DNA of 48,114 nt from an uncultured Alteromonas sp. (GTDB lineage Bacteria > Pseudomonadota > Gammaproteobacteria > Enterobacterales > Alteromonadaceae). The notes under the pieces were generated by a model. It saw nothing but the letters and a program-made list of their open reading frames with translations, ran no database searches and was not told the DNA's origin. Where the stretch lies: NCBI GenBank assembly GCA_964508695.1, contig CAZDUT010000001.1, forward strand, positions 1 to 48,114. The letters run 5' to 3'. Positions 30,748 to 40,393 of this stretch are shown piece by piece; position 1 is the stretch's first letter; each line of letters opens with the position of its first letter. The translations under genes were made by a program, and so were the position numbers.

Positions 30748-30954
30748 GTGCGTTGCTGGATAGCATCTTCGCCTTCATTACTTGACGTGATCCGAAGTGT
30801 ATTGGCCAGCGCCTTTGGTGTGCAAAGCCAAAAAAATTACCAGCGCGATTTTAGCCAGGTTTCAGCTGTCCGCTATCTGATAGTGGGCGTGGTGTTCGTG
30901 ATAGTGTTTGTGCTGGGACTTGTTCTGCTGGTCAATGCTATTGTGCCCGGTTAG
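30748..30954 (+). CDS. DUF2970-like small membrane protein
   Basis: SVLASAFGVQSQKNYQRDF followed by one TM helix; start codon uncertain. Confidence 0.8.
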   Translation: MRCWIASSPSLLDVIRSVLASAFGVQSQKNYQRDFSQVSAVRYLIVGVVFVIVFVLGLVLLVNAIVPG

Positions 30955-30987
30955 GGCTTACTTCTGAGTTACACACATCTTCAGTGC

Positions 30988-31902
30988 TCACGCTGTGCGC
31001 TGCGATTTTTGGCGGCTGGCCAAACGTGCAAGCTGCCGTTCCCGTTTCTGTTTTTTACGTTGGTGCAGGGTATGTTCACTGACCGGTGGGAAGAATGCCA
31101 GAATTTCATCCACAGGCTGTCGTTTGGCACCATTTTGACTGATTGAACGTTTTACCGAGAGCATGCTGAAGTCAGCGCCCTGATACAGTGACCGGGTCAG
31201 CGGCAAATCGTGGTTCGAAATTAATACCGGGATACCGCGCTGACGGGCAGCACGACCCGCCAGTTCAGCCAGCTTTTCCTGGGCAGGCTGACCAAAGCCG
31301 CGAGACGCATAGCTGGTAAATGCTGCCGTTTTGCTTATCGGTGCATAAGGCGGATCACAGTAAATAACGTTGCCACGACGGGCTCGGCTAAACACTTTTT
31401 CAAAAGGTAAGCAGGTAAATGTCGCACGCTGGGCCTTTTCGGCAAAGGTGAACATTTCCTGTTCGGGAAAATAAGGCCGCCGATAGCGACCGAAGGGAAC
31501 GTTAAACCGGCCGCCTAAACTGTAGCGGCACAATCCGTTATACCCGTGGCGGTTAAGGTAAACAAACAATACGGCGCGGTAATATTCATCGTCGGTCTGG
31601 TTGAACTCTTCGCGAAGCGCGTAATAGCGGGCTTCGTCGTTATTTTCCTCGCAAAACAAGCGACGGGTGTCATTGATAAGTGCATCCGGCTGCACTTTTA
31701 ACAGGGAATAGAGATTGATGAGATCCGGGTTGATATCGTTCAGCAAATAACGTTTGTAGCTGGTATTTAAAAACACCGAGCCCGCCCCGACGAAGGGTTC
31801 AATAAGCTTATTGGCTTGCGGAAGGCGCGCCTGTATTTGCTCAACTAAACTGTACTTTCCACCGGCCCACTTCAAAAATGCCCGGTTTTTTTTCTGCATC
31901 AT
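30988..31902 (-). CDS. dam: DNA adenine methyltransferase Dam
   Basis: FLKWAGGK, EPFVGAGSVF, YNGLCRY, YCDPPY, VKRSIS; aroK-aroB-damX-dam context. Confidence 0.95.
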   Translation of the reverse strand: MMQKKNRAFLKWAGGKYSLVEQIQARLPQANKLIEPFVGAGSVFLNTSYKRYLLNDINPDLINLYSLLKVQPDALINDTRRLFCEENNDEARYYALREEFNQTDDEYYRAVLFVYLNRHGYNGLCRYSLGGRFNVPFGRYRRPYFPEQEMFTFAEKAQRATFTCLPFEKVFSRARRGNVIYCDPPYAPISKTAAFTSYASRGFGQPAQEKLAELAGRAARQRGIPVLISNHDLPLTRSLYQGADFSMLSVKRSISQNGAKRQPVDEILAFFPPVSEHTLHQRKKQKRERQLARLASRQKSQRTA

Positions 31903-32120
31903 GCTTGTAAAGTATCCGCACAGAATGAAAGCGGTGGGTACCCGTACTCAGCGGATCGTATCAATCGTGAGGGAAGTGCCGTATCACTGCTCGCCAATAA
32001 CGCTGAAATGACTCTTAAAGGGTGATTGTATCTGCCCAGGGCGATCTCGACAACCGGCAATAACGGAGTATTGTCACTGCCTGAAGGTTTGTCGCATGCC
32101 GCGCACAGTAATCCGGCACC

Positions 32121-32142
32121 AAAGACCCCGCCATGGCAGGGG
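32121..32142 (-). terminator. Weak terminator-like hairpin after the damX-like gene
   Basis: Minus strand CCCCTGCC-AT-GGCGGGG-TCTTT immediately after the stop codon. Confidence 0.5.
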
Positions 32143-33633
32143 CTATGGCGGCGGGGCCTCGGTGTTCATTACTTCGCTACGGATCTGCACACCACTTTTA
32201 ACAAAGGCGTCGTTGCGCCCCTGATAACCGGGCAGTTGTTGCATGGCTGCGCGGGCCTGTTGGCTTGTCGAAAAGGGCTGATGAAATAACACGACAAACC
32301 AGTCGCCGCCGTAACGGAATGTGCGGTAAACATGGGTCAGTTCGGCCAGTTGATTGTCCGCAATGAACTGTGACAGGAGCGTTTTATCTGACAGTCCGGC
32401 CATCTGTATATAAAAATCGCCGTCGCGGACCTGCTCAAGCAATGTGTCAGGTGCGGTGATCAGTGCCTTCTGCTCGCTGCTGGCATCTGTGGCTGCTTCA
32501 GGTTGCGCTGTGCCTGGCTGCGAGACTTGTGATGCCTGATCTATATTGTCTGTACCATTGTCCTGACTGTCCTCAGTAGCCATGGTGTCTTGCGCTGTGG
32601 CTGGTAGGGAGGACTGTTCCTGCGCCGTCGTGGCCAACGTAACAGCACCATCCGTTGGTTCTGCGTTTGCTGCGTCGTCTTCTGCAACTTCAGACCGCGT
32701 TGTCAACCCGGTGTTGCGCTTGTCATCCAGCGCACCCACAGCGTCAGGCCAGCTTGCCACGAGCGAGGTTTCAGATGGCGATTTATCCGGTAGCGGTGTT
32801 GTGTTTGCGGGTGTTGATTCCACGGTGCTGTCAGGGGCAGACGACTCCGTCTCCTCAAAAAGTTCACTGAAGGCCTCGCCCGGCAGTGCTGAGTCTGGCT
32901 GCGGTGTGTTTTCACCATCAATAGGGGTAAACAGGCGGTGTATATCGTTGCCGTATTGCCAGGCGATAAGTGAACCAAAAATCACAATAAACAGCACCAT
33001 GACAGATGGTATAAACCAGCGGCGGGAAAGCATACTGGAGGGCACGGTGGCTGATGCTGAAGCACGGTTAGCAAGGTGCGCCTGAAATTCCTCGCGACGA
33101 CGCGCAATCAGTTTATCGAGATCGGAGCCGCCGCTCTCGGTGTGTACCGACTGACTGCTGATGAGCAAAGGGGTATCTGTATTTTTCGAGGGGAGCCACT
33201 GCTTAGCCCGCTCAGCCCAGGCCGTGTCGGCAAACAACAGAACATTGAGATGTTGTTTATTGCCCGCAAAACGGCTTTGCAGGACCAGATCCCACAACTC
33301 CTGTAGCAGGTTATCCGGGATATGTTGCGCCTGCGTAATCGCGATGAGCACCGGGCCTTCGTGGGCATTTAGGTCAGACAATAATTCATTTAACGGGCGA
33401 ACAAAGCTGCCTACCACCTGGCCCAGTAACTGACGGCAGAGTTGGCGGCGATAGTCGGCGATATCCATACTGGCATCCGCCGTCAGGTACGCGATCTCAG
33501 TATCATCGTTTTGCTGATAAACAAATGTTTCCAGCGTTCGCTGCTGGTTTGCAATGGAGTCGCCACTGACAAATATCAGCTGCGATGAATAATTGACCAG
33601 ATATTCCAGTCTGTCATGCAGTTCGTTTTGCAT
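32143..33633 (-). CDS. damX: DamX-like protein: degenerate AAA-like domain, TM helix, acidic linker, SPOR domain
   Basis: Lies between aroB and dam; one TM (WFIPSVMVLFIVIFGSLIAW); C-terminal SPOR (FYIQMAG...WFVVL...QARAAMQQLP). Confidence 0.75.
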   Translation of the reverse strand: MQNELHDRLEYLVNYSSQLIFVSGDSIANQQRTLETFVYQQNDDTEIAYLTADASMDIADYRRQLCRQLLGQVVGSFVRPLNELLSDLNAHEGPVLIAITQAQHIPDNLLQELWDLVLQSRFAGNKQHLNVLLFADTAWAERAKQWLPSKNTDTPLLISSQSVHTESGGSDLDKLIARRREEFQAHLANRASASATVPSSMLSRRWFIPSVMVLFIVIFGSLIAWQYGNDIHRLFTPIDGENTPQPDSALPGEAFSELFEETESSAPDSTVESTPANTTPLPDKSPSETSLVASWPDAVGALDDKRNTGLTTRSEVAEDDAANAEPTDGAVTLATTAQEQSSLPATAQDTMATEDSQDNGTDNIDQASQVSQPGTAQPEAATDASSEQKALITAPDTLLEQVRDGDFYIQMAGLSDKTLLSQFIADNQLAELTHVYRTFRYGGDWFVVLFHQPFSTSQQARAAMQQLPGYQGRNDAFVKSGVQIRSEVMNTEAPPP

Positions 33634-33666
33634 GTGGCCTCGTCGCGTACGTTTGATTCGCCGATG

Positions 33667-34734
33667 TTATGACAATACCGCCGATAAGATTGCATCATCA
33701 ACCTTACCGGTTACTACGGCTTTGCCAATCGCTTCAGGGATCACGAAACGCATTTGTCCCTGCGCGACCTTTTTATCGTGCACCATATGCCGGATGTAAT
33801 CGTCTTTCGTCATGTTTTCAGGGCCTGACACCGGTAACGAAAACGAGGCCAGTAAGCGACAGACGCGCGCTGTGTCGGACGATCCCAGCCAACCAAGCTG
33901 CTCCGCTGACAGGCAGGCCAGCACCATCCCTGCCGCAACCGCTTCGCCGTGTAACCAGTTTCCATAGCCTTGCTCGGCCTCAATGGCATGACCAAACGTA
34001 TGGCCCAGGTTGAGTATGGCACGTAATCCGCCTTCGCGTTCGTCTTTTGCAACGACCTCGGCTTTGATTTCACAACACCGACGGATAGTGTAAGCAATGG
34101 CCTCAGGCTCCTTCGCCAGCAGCGCCTGTGTTGCACCTTCAAGCCACTGGAAAAACGCACTGTCGTAGATGATGCCATACTTAATTACCTCGGCCATGCC
34201 CGCGGCAAACTCACGGTCAGGTAACGTGGCGAGTGAGGAAGTGTCGATAAACACCGCCTGTGGCTGATAAAACGCACCAATCATATTTTTGCCAAGCGGA
34301 TGGTTGACTGCTGTTTTGCCACCCACAGAACTGTCGACCTGGGAGAGTAACGTTGTGGGTACCTGAATGAAGGGAACACCGCGTTGGTAGGTCGCGGCGA
34401 CAAAACCGCACAGATCACCAATGACGCCGCCGCCCAATGCAATGAGCGTGGTATCGCGGGCTGCGTTCATCTGAAGCAGCCGCGTCATGATCATTTCAAA
34501 ACTTTCAAGTGACTTGTAGCGTTCACCGTCATCGACTTCAATGATTTCCACACGACAGTCGCCGCAGGCATCAATGGCATTTTGCAGATAATGCGGTGCC
34601 ACCGTCGGGTTGGTGACAATGACCGCTAACGGACCTTTTATATACTCAGAAAAAAAGCCGGGCTGCGTGAGCAGTCCGGCTTCAATATAGATAGGGTAGC
34701 TACGCTCCTGAAGTTGCACCGTAACATTAGCCAT
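33667..34734 (-). CDS. aroB: 3-dehydroquinate synthase
   Basis: [44 protein letters not shown]. Confidence 0.97.
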   Translation of the reverse strand: MANVTVQLQERSYPIYIEAGLLTQPGFFSEYIKGPLAVIVTNPTVAPHYLQNAIDACGDCRVEIIEVDDGERYKSLESFEMIMTRLLQMNAARDTTLIALGGGVIGDLCGFVAATYQRGVPFIQVPTTLLSQVDSSVGGKTAVNHPLGKNMIGAFYQPQAVFIDTSSLATLPDREFAAGMAEVIKYGIIYDSAFFQWLEGATQALLAKEPEAIAYTIRRCCEIKAEVVAKDEREGGLRAILNLGHTFGHAIEAEQGYGNWLHGEAVAAGMVLACLSAEQLGWLGSSDTARVCRLLASFSLPVSGPENMTKDDYIRHMVHDKKVAQGQMRFVIPEAIGKAVVTGKVDDAILSAVLS

Positions 34735-34755
34735 GTGCGTAGCTCCTTTATATTT

Positions 34756-35274
34756 TTAAAAAATTCCGATTTTGCTGACGATTTGACTCGCTACTGCGCG
34801 CGCCGACTGGTCATCAGTCTCTATAATATAGTCGGCAACCTCTTCATACATTGGATTGCGTTCATCGGCCAGGTCGCGCAGCACCTGTTCAGGGTTATCA
34901 GTTTGCAACAGGGGGCGACGCTTGTCGCGCTGCGTACGTGCGACCTGTTTATCGATGGTTGTTTGCAAGTAAACAACAATGCCCCGGGCGGACAAGCGGT
35001 TTCGCACTGCTTTGTTGACCACACTCCCGCCACCTGTAGCCAGGACAATTCCCTGCTTGTCGGTCAATTCGTTGATGATGTTTTCTTCGCGCTTGCGGAA
35101 CCCGTCTTCACCTTCGAGATCAAAGATCCAGGCGATATCCGCACCTGTGCGGCGTTCAATTTCTTGATCCGAGTCGTAAAAGTCCAGGTGAAGTTCATCT
35201 GCCAGATGTCTGCCGATGGTACTTTTGCCAGCCCCCATTGGGCCAACCAAAAAGATATTACGTTTTTCAGCCAT
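34756..35274 (-). CDS. aroK: Shikimate kinase I
   Basis: GPMGAGKST Walker A, LATGGG, RRPLLQ. Confidence 0.97.
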   Translation of the reverse strand: MAEKRNIFLVGPMGAGKSTIGRHLADELHLDFYDSDQEIERRTGADIAWIFDLEGEDGFRKREENIINELTDKQGIVLATGGGSVVNKAVRNRLSARGIVVYLQTTIDKQVARTQRDKRRPLLQTDNPEQVLRDLADERNPMYEEVADYIIETDDQSARAVASQIVSKIGIF

Positions 35275-35404
35275 ATTCGCTTAAATCACAACTATATAAT
35301 GTTAGGGGTAGTGTTCGTTGTATTACCCGTCTACCCAAGTACTCGTGCCTATTTCACTTCTAATAAGCACCACTTTTTAACCTCGCTTAAATTTCGAGAG
35401 CGGG

Positions 35405-35434
35405 ATTATCTCAGTTTACAGTAATCTGATGCAA
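35405..35434 (-). promoter_or_regulatory. Putative sigma70 promoter of aroK
   Basis: Minus strand TTGCAT-N18-GATAAT with extended -10 TG. Confidence 0.6.
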
Positions 35435-35636
35435 GTTTTGTTGAAAGAAACGCCGCAATACTCTGAATGTCATCTTTTTTTACCGGTTATCACGAACAAT
35501 TCATCAACAACTATCACGGGCGAGTGTTGCTGACACGCTGTTAGATATCAGGCCTGAGCGTGTATGAACCGATGTCACAGGCTACCAGCAACTGTTACAA
35601 AACCAAGGTTGATTGACAGTTTAGTGCCAGAGACGC

Positions 35637-35676
35637 AAAAGGCACGAACACGCGTTGCCGCCCGTTCGTGCCTTTT
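35637..35676 (-). terminator. Terminator downstream of pilQ
   Basis: AAAAGGCACGAAC-N14-GTTCGTGCCTTTT, a perfect 13-bp inverted repeat. Confidence 0.8.
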
Positions 35677-35692
35677 CCCGTTTGGTGGGGGA

Positions 35693-37465
35693 TTAGAGTT
35701 TTTCGGTTACCACCTTCGGCGTGACAAAAATGAGTAACTCGCGTTTTTGTTGTAATTGAGCCTTGTTGCGGAACAGCGCACCGACAACCGGCAAGTCACC
35801 GAATAAAGGTACTTTGGATACATCGTCAGAGCTTGACTGCTGGAATATTCCACCCAGAACAACCGTTTCACCGTTCTCTACCAACACCTGCGTTTTGATT
35901 TCCTGAGTATCAATCGCCACTGCATTACCGGTCGAGGTTGACACAGTTTCACCCCGGGTATCCTGGGTAACCACCAAATCCAGAATGATGCGGTTGTCCG
36001 GCGTAATGTGCGGCGTTACCTTGAGGCTCAATACCGCCTTTTTGAACTCCACTGACGTCGCGCCGCTGGATGTCGCCTGTACGTAAGGGATCTCAGTACC
36101 CTGCTCAATGTAGGCTTCCTGCTGGTTGGCAACGGTAATACGCGGGCTGGCAATGATTTCACCTTTATTTTCGGATTCCAGTGCCGAAAGCTCCAGGTCG
36201 AGTATTGTGCCGTCAACCAGTGAGGCTACCTGAAAACCAATTGAACCGGCGGCAGAAGATACAGGCAAGTTGACGTTCAGGCGGTCGCCAATGGAGGGCA
36301 GTACACCGCCGGCGATGCTGTCAGCACCTTCCAGAGAGCCGGAAACACCATTATTGTCCTGGCGGTCACTGAATCCCCAGCGCACACCCAGCTCCTGGTC
36401 GACATTGTCCAGCACTGTCACCATACGGCTTTCAATCAGCACCTGCTTTACCGGTATATCCAGTGCTGCAATCATTTCGCGTGCCTCGTCGATGGATTCA
36501 AGGTTATCGCGAATAAGAATGGTATTGGTACGGTCATCAACAGTAACGGAACCGCGATCAGAGAGTATGCCGCCTTCCTCTGATTTCAGGATGGTGGCCA
36601 GTTCGCTGGCTTTGGCATAATTAACGCTGATATTGGCAGTGCGTAATGGTGCCAGGTTGGTAACCTGCTGTTTAGACTGTAATTGCTGAGTTTCTCGGGC
36701 AGCCAGCTCGTCAGCGGGCGCGACCAGCAGAATATTGCCGTCAAGGCGCTTGTCTAAGCCTTTTACTTTCAGGATCATATCCAGCGCCTGGTCCCAGGGA
36801 ACCCCGGACAGACTGATGGTCACGTTGCCACTGACCGTATCAGTGGTGACCAGATTAAACCCGTTTACCTGGGCAATAATTTGCAAGACCTGGCGCACAG
36901 GTACATCCTGGAAATCCAGAGAGATAGGGTCGCCAGTGTATTTGGACTCTTCTTCCAGCTCAGCTTCTTCTTCACTGCTCATCGGCTCAACTTCGATGCG
37001 CAGGGTATTGTCTTCAACATTATGGCGGGCATACACCGCGCCTTCATATCGCAGAACAATGCGTGCCGCTTCTTCGTCCTGGAACGTTTCAATGCTGGTG
37101 ACCGGAGTCGCAAACTGCACCACATCGAGTTCTACCAATTGATCTTCAGCAAGCTCGGTGTCCGGCAGTGTGATGGTCAATTCACCCTGGGACTCAATCA
37201 GTTGTGGATCAAGAGCACCGTTATCGAACGTTACCAGTGTCACGGCGGTATCATCCGCTTCGCGGGTAAAGTCGATATTGGTCAGCGTAGTGGCATAAGC
37301 ACTCTCAGTATCCTGGGGATCAAACAAGGCCGGCTCGTCAGTTTGAGCAGAAACCGGGGCCGCGATGACATTAAAAAGCAACAGGGCAAGGAGCGAGCCT
37401 CCCAGCCAGTACCACTTTCGTCCGTTTCGATTGAGTTTTTTATTAAAAATATATCGTTCAGACAT
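35693..37465 (-). CDS. pilQ: Type IV pilus secretin
   Basis: ISLDFQDVPVR, VPWDQALD, QVLIESRMV, VLGGIF, KVPLFGDLP, ELLIFVTP. Start moved to ATG 37465 (AGGAG RBS, overlaps the pilP stop). Confidence 0.95.
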   Translation of the reverse strand: MSERYIFNKKLNRNGRKWYWLGGSLLALLLFNVIAAPVSAQTDEPALFDPQDTESAYATTLTNIDFTREADDTAVTLVTFDNGALDPQLIESQGELTITLPDTELAEDQLVELDVVQFATPVTSIETFQDEEAARIVLRYEGAVYARHNVEDNTLRIEVEPMSSEEEAELEEESKYTGDPISLDFQDVPVRQVLQIIAQVNGFNLVTTDTVSGNVTISLSGVPWDQALDMILKVKGLDKRLDGNILLVAPADELAARETQQLQSKQQVTNLAPLRTANISVNYAKASELATILKSEEGGILSDRGSVTVDDRTNTILIRDNLESIDEAREMIAALDIPVKQVLIESRMVTVLDNVDQELGVRWGFSDRQDNNGVSGSLEGADSIAGGVLPSIGDRLNVNLPVSSAAGSIGFQVASLVDGTILDLELSALESENKGEIIASPRITVANQQEAYIEQGTEIPYVQATSSGATSVEFKKAVLSLKVTPHITPDNRIILDLVVTQDTRGETVSTSTGNAVAIDTQEIKTQVLVENGETVVLGGIFQQSSSDDVSKVPLFGDLPVVGALFRNKAQLQQKRELLIFVTPKVVTEKL

Positions 37466-38003
37466 TCTCGTTTTCTCCTGTCGACGAGGCAACCGTCAAC
37501 GTAGTTTCTTTGCGTTGCCAGCATCCTGCTCCGTCGGGAAGCAGTTGCTCTATCGTCACCGACGAATTACCAATGGCAGTTATTTTACCGTAAAATAAGC
37601 CGATTCTGTTTCCTACTGTGGCTTTATGCAGCATGCCGTCATTGGACCGGAAAAGCGCATAGCGGGTGCCCTGCGCCTTAAAGTTACCGGTTAGCTGCAA
37701 GGCGTCCAAACCATAGCCTTCAAGTTTCTGCTTTTGCCGCGAAAAGTCCGGCTGTAAGCAATTGGCCTGTGTCTTCACACTCACAGGCGCGGTTTTTTCC
37801 TTTGGCCGTACAAACGGGCTGCGTAAATCATTGGCTGTGTACGCAAATGCCGGTTTTTGCTCGAACTCTGGGTAAGGCTCAATACTGACCTGGGTTTGCT
37901 GTTTTACCTGTTCAGTGTAGGCACGTAAATCACCTAACTGCGGTGAGCAAGCGCTCACTGTGCCCATAACAGCAAGGACAGCGGATAAGCGAATAAGCTT
38001 CAT
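37458..38003 (-). CDS. pilP: Type IV pilus assembly lipoprotein
   Basis: Lipobox VSAC, LRSPF, LEGYGLDAL, operon position. Confidence 0.92.
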   Translation of the reverse strand: MKLIRLSAVLAVMGTVSACSPQLGDLRAYTEQVKQQTQVSIEPYPEFEQKPAFAYTANDLRSPFVRPKEKTAPVSVKTQANCLQPDFSRQKQKLEGYGLDALQLTGNFKAQGTRYALFRSNDGMLHKATVGNRIGLFYGKITAIGNSSVTIEQLLPDGAGCWQRKETTLTVASSTGENENV

Positions 38004-38617
38004 TGGCTTTCCTCCGCTTTTTTAACCTGATTGCTGCTGACCGCGCGGTATGTTTTGGCCTGTAGCTGCAAAGCAAGGTTACCTTTCTCACCCTGGATGG
38101 AAAAGTCGTGCAGCGTAACAATACGCGGTAAATCAGCCACTTTCGACATAAATTCACCAATATTGTGATAACCGCCAGAAACCTCCATCTCAATGGGCAA
38201 CTCAGTATAAAATTCTTTCGGGATTTCTTGCTGCCAGTTCAGCACTTTGAAGTTCAGGCCCGATGAGGTACCTACATAGGTAATGTCATCCAACAGGCCC
38301 GGTGTTTCATTACTGGTTGGCAGGCTTTTGAGCATCGAAGAAAAGTCCTGCTCAATGCGGGCTAGCTGCTCTTCATACGCTTCCAGGTTTACCGCTATAC
38401 GGTATTTTGCTTCAAACTGTCGCTTGAGCTCCTGCTCCTGTTGCTCCGTTTGTTCCAGTACCGGCAACTTGGGGCTAATGAGCAAATAGTAACTGAGCGC
38501 ACCGACCAGAATGGCCACGAATGCACCCACAACGATTTTAACTTCGTGCGGCCATATCGCGACCTGTTCGAAATCCAGTTCGTTGAGTTCTTTGAGTTTT
38601 GCAACATCAAACTTCAT
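38000..38617 (-). CDS. pilO: Type IV pilus assembly protein
   Basis: TM helix, coiled coil, PGLLDDIT, FYTELPI, LPRIVTLHDF. Confidence 0.93.
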   Translation of the reverse strand: MKFDVAKLKELNELDFEQVAIWPHEVKIVVGAFVAILVGALSYYLLISPKLPVLEQTEQQEQELKRQFEAKYRIAVNLEAYEEQLARIEQDFSSMLKSLPTSNETPGLLDDITYVGTSSGLNFKVLNWQQEIPKEFYTELPIEMEVSGGYHNIGEFMSKVADLPRIVTLHDFSIQGEKGNLALQLQAKTYRAVSSNQVKKAEESQ

Positions 38618-39198
38618 TGCTGCTCCCCTTCACTCTGTTTGGCGCTAAGGGGCGCCACTTTAGGGCTGATTTTAAAGCGGATGGTATAGTCACTCACTGC
38701 CTTATCACCGTTAGGATCAGCCACGATGGATGACAACTCACCACTGGTAAATACCTCAGAAGATTCAAGCTGACGCATAAAGTCCGACAGGCGATTATTG
38801 GAGTCGCTGGTGCCGTCTATTTCAATCAGATTGCCGGTGCGGCGCATGGATGTGAAGGCAACGCCGGGCGGGACGATTTTGGCGAGTTCATCAAACACAA
38901 TCGGTGACACGTTACGGCTCACCTGCAGTTGCTCAATCAGTGCCATGCGTTGTTCTATGGCACTTTTGTTTTCCTTTATCTTCTGAATTTCGGCAATTTG
39001 TGCGTCGAGCTTGACGATCTCAGAATCCAGATAGGCGTTTCGTGACTTCTGGTTGCTAATGCGCTGATCGATCGCCTGACCGACAAACCAGAACAGCAGT
39101 CCAACCAGTGCGGCCACCGCAATCAGGCCACCCAGATATTGCTTTTTATCGAACTGGCGTTGCTGTTCGCGCCAGGGAAGCAGGTTTATATGTGCCAT
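38614..39198 (-). CDS. pilN: Type IV pilus assembly protein
   Basis: N-terminal INLLPW PilM-binding motif, TM helix, coiled coil. Confidence 0.94.
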   Translation of the reverse strand: MAHINLLPWREQQRQFDKKQYLGGLIAVAALVGLLFWFVGQAIDQRISNQKSRNAYLDSEIVKLDAQIAEIQKIKENKSAIEQRMALIEQLQVSRNVSPIVFDELAKIVPPGVAFTSMRRTGNLIEIDGTSDSNNRLSDFMRQLESSEVFTSGELSSIVADPNGDKAVSDYTIRFKISPKVAPLSAKQSEGEQQ

Positions 39199-40250
39199 GA
39201 AACAAAGCTCCTGCTAGCTAGGCCAGCCGCAATCGCTAACTGCGGTGCAAGTTCGGCAACGTGCTGCTGGTCGAGTTTGGGGTTAATATCCATGTTGCTG
39301 AACGGATTAAAGACATCAATGTCGATATTTAAGTCCTGGCGTAAAATATCTACCAATGGCTCAATGGTTGCTGCACCACCACATAACAGCAACTTTTCAG
39401 GCTTCTTGGCATGGTGCGTCGTAATAAACATCTGCAGTGCCCGGTTGATATGCTGTTGCAGGTTGGCAGCAAAAATCGGCAGGGTATCGTCTACCCAGTT
39501 GCTCGGCAGTTCGTTGTTAAGTAACTGACGTTCGGCATCTTCGGTGTCAATCATATGAATGGCTGCCAGATCGTTTAGCAGCGAATTAAGGCCGAAAGCA
39601 TGCTCTTTAGAATAAATCACATTGCCTTTTTGCCATACGCAGACCTGCAGCAATGACGCGCCGACATTAACACAGCACACCTGGTCGTCTTCGTTATGCG
39701 GGTAGAAAAAGTTGATGGCATTACCCAGTGCATAACCTTCCACGTCGACAATCTTGGGTTCGAAACTGGCTTCACGGGTAAGCAACAGGCGGCTTTCTAC
39801 CAAATCCTTGTGGGCGGCTGTTAGCAGCACGTCAACTTTGCCCGCATGGTTTGCACTTGGACCCAGTTCCTCGAAGTCCAGATAAACTTCTTCCAGCGGA
39901 TAGGGAATAAGGCTGTCTGCCTCAATCTCTATCTGGCTTTCCAGCTCAAAGTCATTTTGATCCGGATCCATGTATACCACTTTGCTAATCACCGAGGTGC
40001 CGGCGACCGCGACATTGGCAAGCTTCACTTTGGTTTTAAGTGCGTTTTGAATCTTTTTAAGCGCCAGACTGACAGCTTCATAGTCTTTAATTTCACGCTC
40101 GCTAAACGCCACTTTATTGATCGACTCGCAGGCAAAGCCCTGAAGAACATATTTGTCTCCAGACTGTTCGAGCCACACGGCTTTTATTTGACGCGTGCCT
40201 ATGTCTAAGCCCACAATAGTCGGCAGCTTTTTTTTGAACAGCGACTTCAT
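39186..40250 (-). CDS. pilM: Type IV pilus assembly protein (FtsA/actin-like)
   Basis: VGLDIG, IPYPLEEVYLDF, LCGGAA, AIAAGLA; divergent from mrcA as usual. Confidence 0.94.
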   Translation of the reverse strand: MKSLFKKKLPTIVGLDIGTRQIKAVWLEQSGDKYVLQGFACESINKVAFSEREIKDYEAVSLALKKIQNALKTKVKLANVAVAGTSVISKVVYMDPDQNDFELESQIEIEADSLIPYPLEEVYLDFEELGPSANHAGKVDVLLTAAHKDLVESRLLLTREASFEPKIVDVEGYALGNAINFFYPHNEDDQVCCVNVGASLLQVCVWQKGNVIYSKEHAFGLNSLLNDLAAIHMIDTEDAERQLLNNELPSNWVDDTLPIFAANLQQHINRALQMFITTHHAKKPEKLLLCGGAATIEPLVDILRQDLNIDIDVFNPFSNMDINPKLDQQHVAELAPQLAIAAGLASRSFVSWHI

Positions 40251-40393
40251 TTAATGATGCCCCGGTTGATGGGTTGTTTAATCTCTACCATAAAATGTTA
40301 CAAAACTTTTTGCCTTAATAGGGTTCTACTAAAAACACATACGTATGAAAATATACGTTATAAATGGCGACGATGCCTTGGTAATCTAATCTC

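Noticed and set aside
31903-32120. Spacer between damX and dam as an sRNA or small gene
   Set aside because: No convincing promoter-terminator pair or credible ORF; probably the dam promoter region.
40251-40393. CRP or CRP-S competence site upstream of pilM
   Set aside because: No TGTGA/TGCGA-N6-TCACA/TCGCA match is visible.
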